Shown here piece after piece: positions 55,183 through 64,000 of a DNA stretch of 64,000 nt. Position 1 is the first letter of the stretch, and every line of letters starts with the position of its first letter. The translations under genes and the position numbers were made by a program. Origin of the DNA: Paramoeba atlantica (taxonomy: Eukaryota > Protista > Discosea). The DNA is taken from positions 536,154 through 600,153 of the forward strand of contig CDRNVI010000020.1 of NCBI GenBank assembly GCA_977017575.1, in the 5' to 3' direction. A model generated the notes under the pieces. It was given only the letters and a program-made list of their open reading frames with translations, made no database searches and was not told the origin of the DNA.

Positions 55183-56794
55183 TTCTTTTTTAGGCTCTTC
55201 GTTAAACGCGGTGGTTGTTTTCAACTTAGAAGTCACTCATGCTGCGCGCTTCGCGTTGAAAACTACCGCCGCGTTTAACGAAGAGCCTAAAAAAGAAAAT
55301 TTAGCCTGGAAAACGGAAAGATTATAACCAAAAATAGCCGAATTTCGGGTAAAAATGGGGTCATTTTCGCGTATTTTTGCTCTCAGAGCACTAAATCCGA
55401 CATTTGCGCGTGGGAAATCACTCGTAGGCATGAATGGAAGCCTACCGAACGTATTGTGTAGAGAATGCGACTCCAACCGCACCATTCTTTCGACACAAAA
55501 ATGCCCCTTTAGGTCCGAAAAATACTTTTTCACCTTTTTTAGTCAAAAATGGGTCATTTTCAGGGGCGCACCACGGTTAGAAGTGATACCTTGCGAAAGC
55601 AACTGCGTAGAAAGCTAGTGTAGGTCCCAAACTATCAAAATACAATAGGGGAAACGATTTTGGAAAAATATTTTTTTTGTCATTTTTTTCGCCAAGTTGA
55701 AATTTTTTTCAAAAATTTTTTTCCTAAAAAATCCGAACTTGGCGGATCCGTCCTGCGGATACGCGGGGGGGTCACCCCCGGGTAGGGGGGTGGAAAATGC
55801 GCGCCAAGACCCCGGTTACCCTTTCTGCGGTTCTTTTTCGAAAACTAATTTTTTCGAAAAAATTTGCTCGACCATGCCCCCCCCTGGACCCCCCATTTTT
55901 TTCAATTTTTTTTTTCAGTTTTGGACCGCCGGAGCCCACTTTTATATTTTTTTCTTCTATTATATTACTGTGTTCCCCTTTATATTTTCACTGTTTTTGT
56001 TCACTTTTTTTTCAATAATCGAGTGTAGAGCGGTAGTTTTACAACCACCGCAATCCGGTTATTGCGGTGGTTGTAATTGCGCGTGGGAAATCATTCGTAG
56101 GCATGAATGAAAGCCTGCCGAACGTATTGGGTAGAAAATGCGACTCCAACCATACCATTCTTTCGACACAAAAATGCCTCTTTAGGTTCGAAAAATACTT
56201 TTTCACCTTTTTTAGTCAAAAATGGGTCATTTTGAGGGGCGCACCACGGTTCGAAGAAGGGATACCTTGCGAACACTACTGCGGAGAAAGCTAGTGTAGG
56301 TCCCAAACTATCACAATACAATAGGGGAAACGATTTTGGAAAAATATTTTTTTTGTCACTTTTTTCGCCAAGTTGAATTTTTTTTCAAAATTTTTTTTCC
56401 GAAAAAATCCGAACTTGGCGGACCCGTCATGCGGATACGCGGGGGGGTCACCCCCGGGTAGGGGGGTGGAAAATGCGCGCCAAGCCCCCGGCTACCCTTT
56501 CTGCGGTTTTTTTTCGAAAACTAATTTTTTCGAAAAAAATTGCTCGACCATGCCCCCCCCCCTGGACCCCCCCCCCTGGACCCCCCCCATGGACCCACCA
56601 TTTTTTTCAATTTTTTTTTTCAGTTTTACTCCACCGGAGCCCCCTTTTATATTTTTTTCTTCTATTATATTACTGTGTTCCCCTTTATATTTTCACTGTT
56701 TTTGTTCACTTTTTTTTCAATAATCGAGTGTAGAGCGGTAGTTTTACAACCACCGCAATCGAGGGTAGAGCGGTAGTTATACAACCACCGCAAT
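55183..56794 (+). mobile_element. Tandem R1 pair (full copy 55183-56054, 5'-truncated copy 56078-56794) inserted in the SLACS-like RT
   Basis: R1 hallmarks present. The RT frame resumes after 56794 (ISLRLLSKRV...NYHIRVHPP). Confidence 0.8.
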
Positions 56795-57986
56795 TTCACT
56801 ACGGTTACTATCGAAAAGAGTTAATGTAAGGCAAAATTACCACATAAGGGTGCACCCCCCACAAGCCTCCCTTAACCTGACCAGAAATTTTGACGAAAAG
56901 GTTAACAGCGTATTACAGTTATAGTTTCGCAAGCTAACTGCCGAGCAAATTTCATGGAGGCGGCTGCCACTAAAGAAAGGTGGGTTAGGCCTGAGTCCGA
57001 GAGAACCCTTTCGCCAAACGGCATACGAGACCTCTAAAGGCATCTCTCTTGAGCACTTTAATCTTATTCCAGCTCGGGGGTGCTCATTAGCGGCCCCTAA
57101 ACCCGTCGGCGAGAATTCGATTACGGACTCTAAGGCCAACACTGCGTTATATCACGAAAACATTCGTACACGTCTCATGTTGAACACAAAGACGGCGTCT
57201 GCCATCCTGTCCGCAAGCGAAAAGGGGAACCACGAGTGGCTGATGTACACTGCACGTTTCGTTCCTTCACAGCAATTCACTTTCGCCATACTGCCGCGAT
57301 TCAATCTACCACATCCGAACTTACCACCAAACGTACAATGTCCGGGGTGTCAAGTCACATATGACTCAGCCACAGCACTGCGGCACATCCCTGCATGTAC
57401 GAAATGTCCGGGAATCAACACTACAACTAAGCACAATGCCCTCGTACGCTATAGATATGGGCTGTGCCTCAAAGCAGGATTGCCGGCTGAACGCGAACCA
57501 CGACAGTTCACATCTTACAAGTGTATGAAGTGCTCCAAAAAAATCGCCGAACGTCTTAAAAATGAGCACATGAAGAAGTGTACTACGCAACGCATGCATC
57601 GCACAGGGCCAGACCTTGTTATCTACTGGGCTTCTGGAGAAAAATGCTATGACCTTACCGTGGTTCACGAATTGGCCCCGTCGCATCAAGGCAAAAAGGC
57701 GCCCCAACTCATGCGTGACGCGATCTCCCGCAAGCAAAACACCTATGTCGCATCAGGTTTGATCGAATCAGGACAATTCGAATGCATACCGATGCTCGCC
57801 GGAGGGGCACTTCATAAAAACACACGCAATCTACTATACGCGCTCGCGGACCGTTGCCAAATGCCTAGAGAAGATGTGATTCAACATTTTATTCTGCATC
57901 TCCAGGAAATAAACGGAACAACAACGCATGCTCACATGCGTCCGTTTCTTTCTTCCAATATGCAGGAAAAGGAATATGGTTTTTAA
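56795..57986 (+). pseudogene. SLACS/CRE-like C-terminal region (thumb, Zn knuckle, restriction-like endonuclease)
   Basis: LPLKKGGLGL, CPGC...RHIPAC, TKHNALVR, GPDLVIYW...YDLTV, RKQNTY. Confidence 0.8.
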
Positions 57987-58025
57987 AATGAGAGAGAAGA
58001 AGAGAAGTTCTGATGAGGTTCTGAT

Positions 58026-58110
58026 GGCGGAGGTGGCGGAGTGGCAATAATTCAAAGTTTGAAGCACATGGTGCTCAGACGGCGAGTTCAAACCCGCTCG
58101 TCGCAATATT
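58026..58110 (+). repeat. Isolated tRNA-like head of the SINE-like core
   Basis: gcggaggtggcggagtggc...gagttcaaacccgctcgtcgcaatattc. Confidence 0.8.
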
Positions 58111-58299
58111 CCAAAAGTCAAAAACACCTTCGATGAGTACTCATACAAAAAGGTTGATCTTACAAAAAGGTTGATCTTACATTTATTTCTTCGTATTTCT
58201 TTTGTTAATGAATGAACACTATTGTGGTATTCTTGATTTATCGTGTATTAAAAATTCACCGTTAAAGTATACTAGTTAAGGTATACTATAATCCGGGAA

Positions 58300-59420
58300 C
58301 TTGGAACATTACTCAAGATGAGCTTCACTCCGTCCAGGTTCAGATTAATCGAATGCGAAGAGTTGTTTTCGGTGTAAAGAATACGAAGGACATCCACCTT
58401 AGAGAAACCTCTTTATATCCAACCGACTTAAAACCAGCGACGGTGGTCCAGACACAACGCGCTTCTCTCATAGGGCACTTGATACGGCATTCTCAACCGT
58501 TTCTTACGGCTGCAATGTGGCGGACGAATGACGAAACTTCAAAACCTTCCTTGTCTGAAAGATGCGCAGCTGAACTACACTCTAATGTTTCCGAAATACT
58601 TCGATTGGGCCAAAGTCGATCTGATTGGCGCAAGCTGGTGGAAAAACTTCAGAAAGAGCTGGAACCACGTCCTTCATACATAAAAGTATCTTCAACGTCT
58701 TGGGATAAACGCTATCAAACGTCAATCGCTCACCACAGTGGGTATAAAGAGCTACAATTCATCGAAGAAGGAAAAACGGCGTTTCCCATTAGAGAGAACG
58801 AAACACATATTTACACTGACGGATCGCTTATCTTTAAAAAGAATTAACAACTCAAGGGATGCGGTATGGTAATCTTGCGAGGACGCGAGCGCATACAATT
58901 TAGAGGAATGAAACCACCTCCCGAATATTCCAGCTCAATTCAATCGATCGAATCGTATGCTGCAATTGAGGCCATAGAAGAGGCAAAGGCGTATGAGGGA
59001 GATGTTATCTTACACACAGATTCGGAGCACCTATGGGAATTCTTTCACGAAATAGTTCATAAATATAGGCTCATTGGGTATCAATCTTTCGAAAACCGTA
59101 AAACCATGGAATTGCTGAGAGACTCTTATTTTGATATTAAGACGAACAGAAATTTCTATTGCGTAAAAGTAAAATCCCATAACGAAAACCCATACAACGA
59201 CACAGCCGACTCCATGGCGAAAGAGGCATGTGAACTAGCAAAACGTGAAGTCTCAGTTAAGTATTTCGGGGAAGTACTGATGCTGGAAAGTAAAAGAAAG
59301 ACAGGTCTGAATCAGGGACCCCGCTTAACTAAGACCCAATGTAGGCGACAAGGTTTCAAAATAGAACAAACTCAAAACAATGGAAACAACGACCGTAAAA
59401 CCCCCAGCTACAAAATCTAA
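58300..59420 (+). pseudogene. 3' fragment of a fourth, diverged APE-RT-RNase H element (post-RT linker and RNase H)
   Basis: LIGHLIRH, ELQFIEEG..FPI, IYTDGS, IESYAAIEA, LHTDSEH, KVKSHNENPYNDTAD; colinear with the C-terminus of element B. Confidence 0.82.
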
Positions 59421-60231
59421 AATACGCGGAAACCGTAGCAAGTCCAATGAAAACGATAATCAGGAAACTAGTGATCAAAATACAGTCAAAAGATCTAGGA
59501 ATTCACCGCGCAACATGACTTCAACTGTAGTAAACACAAAAAAACATAAAAATAAAGATTCTATCCCGGAGCCTTCACGGACAGTCAGCCCAAATACAAT
59601 TATATTAGAAAAAGCGCGTTCGAATCATTCGCAAAAGAAGCGATTAAAAGATACAGGAGAGGAAGATACCCAAGTGACAAAAGGCGAAAAACACAACGAA
59701 AGTCGACAGAAGACTACGGAAATCAATAAGACAACGAAGACATTGTCAAGTTCGCGATCAACTACGGGCAATAAGAAAGTAAACGTGACAGAGCATGAAA
59801 AGTGACCTTTCATACTAATGCTTATGCAAAAATGAATTTCACATAGGAGGTGCATTTAGTTCCAATATTTTTCTTTGTATCGTTGCAAGTTTCAGAAAAA
59901 GTGGATTGAACCGTTTGCTGTCGTGCTCACATCGGCAAGTGACTTATACAGAAGACGAAGGCTAAGTACTGAAGTGTCATAGGGATCGAATGATTAGGAT
60001 ACATAAAATAAAAAGTCTGTTTTGTTTTCGAAAAATTTTCTGCAAGTTAGTTCCGCGCGGTTGGATTGAAAGGTTAAATGTTCAGGAGAAAATTGTAAAT
60101 CCTTTAACTGGGCAAATTCTCCCAGTGTTGGTTGGTTGGTTGGTTGGATCCTCCTAAAGCTTGCTGGCCTTGTTCTGCTACAACGCGACGAAGGAACTCT
60201 AGAAAGTCTCTTCGAGTCAAAAAAAAAATCA

Positions 60232-60785
60232 AAATCATTCCGGATTGCTCCGGATGGTCACTGGCAAGCCGGACCCTTCACAGACAGATTTGGAAGTTCC
60301 GAGGCCGACGTCCTCTACCAGTTTCCGCTTGTCCAAGGCGGCACCAACGTGCTGTTGCCAACACGATGCGTCGACAAACTGTACGTCAACACGGCACACC
60401 CAAGAGGCGTAAGCCGGGCGGAGGTGGCGGAGTGGCAAGGATTCAAAGTTTGAAGCACATGGTGCTCAGACGGCGAGTTCAAACCCGCTCATCGCAATAT
60501 TCTCGGCGGCCTCACTCTAAGAGGCTGGGCTGAGAACCGACTAGGCCCAGTACTCGGAGGACCGTCCCGGACCCTCCCCTCAGGGAACCAGCTCCCTTAC
60601 CCGGCTTAAACCTCTTGGGTAAGCCGTGTTGACGTACAGTTCGTCGACGCAGCTTGTTGGCAACAGCACGTTGTTGCCGGCTTGGACAAGCGGAAACTGG
60701 TAGAGGACGTCGGCCTCGGAACTTCCAAATCTGTCTGTGAAGGATCTGGCTTGCCAGTGACCATCCGGAGCAATCCGGAATGATT
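60232..60785 (+). mobile_element. Second full copy of the TIR-enclosed tRNA-headed element, with the same RT flank
   Basis: Matches 44520-45074. 60148-60231 matches 44438-44519. Confidence 0.88.
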
Positions 60786-60805
60786 TTGATGATTTTTTTT
60801 TATGA

Positions 60806-61190
60806 TTTTTTTTTCGTCCATGGGGAAAACAATGCCACCATGTGTTTCGCTACTCGAAGATGGCTTCGAGCTCGTGTCCCAGGTTCTTTTGAAGAACTCA
60901 ATATGCGAAAACCTGGTATATCTGGCACAGTGTGCAAAGAGCGCACCTGTTGCTCAACAATATCTCCAGGCTCGAATTCCGGGAGGCCTTTAATGTCCTC
61001 AAAGGCGTATCTCCCATTAGCACGACGTCCGCGATTTGGCTCTGATTCAAAATCTGAATCATGATCCGGCTCTTCTTGAGCTAGCTCAGCTCTTTTTTTC
61101 TTTACGCTGACAATGCCTGCATAGGAATACAGGTCCAGGTCTTGAAGATCTTCGCCCCTGTGCATGTAACGCACATGGAGTGGTGCATGG
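60806..61190 (+). repeat. Inverted duplicate of an internal Helitron segment
   Basis: Same + strand sequence as ~51330-51715, with a small deletion. Confidence 0.85.
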
Positions 61191-61259
61191 AATTTTTTTT
61201 TTCCAAACTATCAAAATACAATAGGGGAAACGATTTTGGCAAAATATTTTTTTGCCATT

Positions 61260-64000
61260 TTTTTCGCCAGGTTCAATTTTTTTTTTTTTTTTTGCGATGA
61301 ATAAGGGGGGAGAAGCATGAAACGCGGCATTGCCTCTATATTTTTACCCAATACTTGAACCCTATAGGTCCATCGGGTGGGGTATACGATTTTAAAACGA
61401 GCAATCAAATTAGCAATTTCATATTTTGGAGCCCAAAACTAGCAATTCGATCTCCCGTAAGTATGAGAACAATAATAACAATAACAATAAAAACAAGCAA
61501 TCCAGACCCAATCCATTCGCGCGTTCCGGGCCGGGTCTTTCGACCTCTCCACGGCCTGGCTTGTGGACCCTTCCCTTGTTATACGGGAGGGCGCGGGCCT
61601 GTGTCGACAGCGACACGGTCGCGAAACAGGATGCTGGCCGACGGGGAGGAGATAGACTCTGTCGACTCGACCAGCACCCGGGCCAGCGGTATGTGGCCCT
61701 GCGCATGGCGCCTTCTCCATGCCCCTAAGCGCCTTCAAGTGGGTCGTTAGGGTCACTGACAACTATCCTGGAGACCATCATCCGAGCCCGGGAACGCATC
61801 AACGTGACATTAAGCTCTTGCAAAAGGATGTTTCGTGCCTGAGTGTCTGTCAAAAGACCGTTCGACGCGTTGGCACGCAACGCCCCCACCTTCCACAGGA
61901 CCGTCAAGGCACTTCTGCTCCATGAGCCGAAGGACTCAACAACCATCGCTGTGAACAGTAACTGAGCTGCTTCCGCTTCCTGGCGCTGTTTCCCTTTCGT
62001 TTCAGAGAAGTGTTCAGCAAAAGACCCCGCAGCCACCCAGCTAGCATTACGGACTGAGCCCAAATACTTCAATTGCTGTGCGTGGGTGACTTCGAAGTCT
62101 AGAACCATGCCACCTCCCAGTTCATAGTTGGGAAGAAAAACATCGCCTGGTCCGGTGAGACCTCCTCCAGGTCCCCGATTTCCGTGACTTTTTTCCCTTT
62201 GAGGAGCCATATTGGCCTTGCTGCAGAAGGAGGTGAACTGTTGGCAGACCGCATTGTGGCGGGTGATGAGGCCGTGTCCTTTCTTACACATCAGAGCGTG
62301 TTCCCCATTTTTTAGGAGTGGTAAGTCACATCCTTTGGTCGATCCTCTGGATAGACATCCATGCCCAACCACCAGCGGGATAAGGTACGGAACTCTGTGG
62401 GAGTGAAAGCGTATCCCTTGGTCCGCGAAGGAGTCACGAAACCCCAGCTCCCGGCACCTTTTCCGGACTCTGATATCCATCTTGCACGTGTGCGGGGGTC
62501 AGCCTTCTCGTATGCAGTGTTAAATTCTTGCTGGGAAATGACTTGGCTGTGCTTTTGCTGTCTAGGGATAATCATCTCCGGTTCGGCCGTCTTCTCTGAT
62601 CCCTTTTTATTGAGGGAGATACTACTCCCTCGCTACCGTAGGTTATTCGTCGTGCCCGATTTCGTGCCCGATTTGTGGCCCGATTTCGTGCCCGATATCG
62701 TTTTAGGTCAGTTTTCGAAAAAAATGTATACAAAGACGTATGAATCGAATTTAGTGACAAGATTACTAGTTTTTCAACAATTCCGATGGGTACCCCCTGC
62801 CCCCCCCTCCCCACCCTGGTGATCATAGGAATTTTTGAAATTATGCAAAAAAAAACTAAAAATTTGTGGGTGAAAGTGAAAACAAATATTTTTCCCAAAT
62901 CAACTCCTAGACCGTTTTTTGAGAGTTTGGAGCCTTCTATACCTGTATACCCTTTGATTTCATTCGATATTTCTCCACCCTGTGCCGATAATACACCTAC
63001 ATAGTACAAAATTTACCCGGAAGTGTGTGACACGCAAGGCCGATGAGGAAGGAGGAGGCGCAAGGAAAAAATGCAGACGTATGAATCGAATTGAGTGACG
63101 AGATCACTAGTTTTTCAACAATTCCGATGGGTACCCCTGCCCCCACCCATCAAGGTGATCATAGCAATTTTTGAAATTTTCAAAAAAAAAAAAAAAAATT
63201 TATGGGCGAAAGCGAAAGAATAATTTTTTCCCAAATCAACTCCTAGACCGTTTTTTTAGAGTTTCGGGCCTGATATACGTGTATACGCTTTGGCTTCATT
63301 CGATATTTCTCCACCCTGTTCCGATACAACCTACATAGTCCAAAATTTACCTGGAAGTGTGTGACACGCAAGGCCTTAGAGGAAGGAGGAGGCGCAAGGG
63401 AAAAAGGCAGAAGGCGGAGCCTTCTGCCTTTTTGCCGCGGCGACGACGACTTCCTCGCATGTGAATCTGTAAAGCGCCATAGGGAGCATGTTCGGATGGC
63501 TATGTAATCCAGGCTAAAGTGGACGAGGGAGATACTAAAGGCACCTTTGGAAAACTACCTCGAAACTGGAACGGTATCTCCCGATTTGTAAAGGATTCGG
63601 ATGGGACAAAAGAATCTTTAACGGGAGATACTGTTGCATTTTTGTGGTGGTTTTCCAAAGGTGCCTTTAGTATCTCCCTCGTCCACTTTAGCCTGGATTC
63701 TGTGTTCGCCGAGGGCGTTTGCCTTGCGAGGACAAGATATGACGTAGATCAGAATCTGTGCGAGGATTGTTTTGTTTGGGAGTGCGTCCTGTGCATGGGT
63801 CCAAAAGCGCTGCGCCTGCTTTATCGTTTACGTCTTGCACGGAGGTAGTAAATCCTTGAGCTTCCAAGGGGTCCCAGTCGTCCATGTCGGCGGCGTGAGC
63901 GACAGATGAAACGTATGCTACCGTTGCGTGCAGTGTAGACGATCTGAGACCGAAGCCTCCGTGGCGCTTCCTGCGTAGTATTTGATCACGTGCGTGGAGG
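61260..64000. repeat. ~2.7-kb segmental duplication of 22850-25586 (CRE-like 3' part and its insertion); runs off the window
   Basis: Base-by-base near identity, with only a few differences seen (e.g. a 7-bp indel near 61315). Confidence 0.95.

Noticed and set aside
59380-59805. 141-aa Lys/Thr/Ser-rich ORF
   Set aside because: Low complexity and overlapping the end of the RNase H fragment; most likely the frameshifted tail of that element.

Overview
Eukaryotic DNA, most likely from a kinetoplastid or close relative. Two features point that way: the TCTP resembles trypanosomatid TCTP as I recall it, and the genes are intronless, co-directional and preceded by polypyrimidine tracts. The window has two sharply separated parts. 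(1) From 1 to 15.1 kb is a + strand gene cluster: ANTH clathrin adaptor (5'-truncated), two LRR proteins, TCTP, PNO1/DIM2, a small orphan ORF, a J-domain-less DnaJ-like protein, an SPX-EXS phosphate exporter and a TTLL polyglutamylase-like gene. (2) From 15.2 to 64 kb is a nested mobile-element field. It holds a Tc1-like element whose empty site is also visible; a frameshifted Helitron/Helentron helicase plus a hairpin-ended ~0.9 kb non-autonomous family; and a head-to-head pair of full-length APE-RT-RNase H non-LTR elements (one ORF intact) that begin with homologous 17-bp tandem arrays. It also holds CRE/SLACS-like restriction-endonuclease-type retroelement fragments, two related tRNA-headed SINE-like families (one enclosed in ~185-bp inverted repeats), a tRNA-Gly inside an insertion, several MITE-like hairpin elements and a ~2.7 kb segmental duplication. 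All assignments come from motif recognition and by-eye alignment; no database search or folding was run, and repeat boundaries are approximate.
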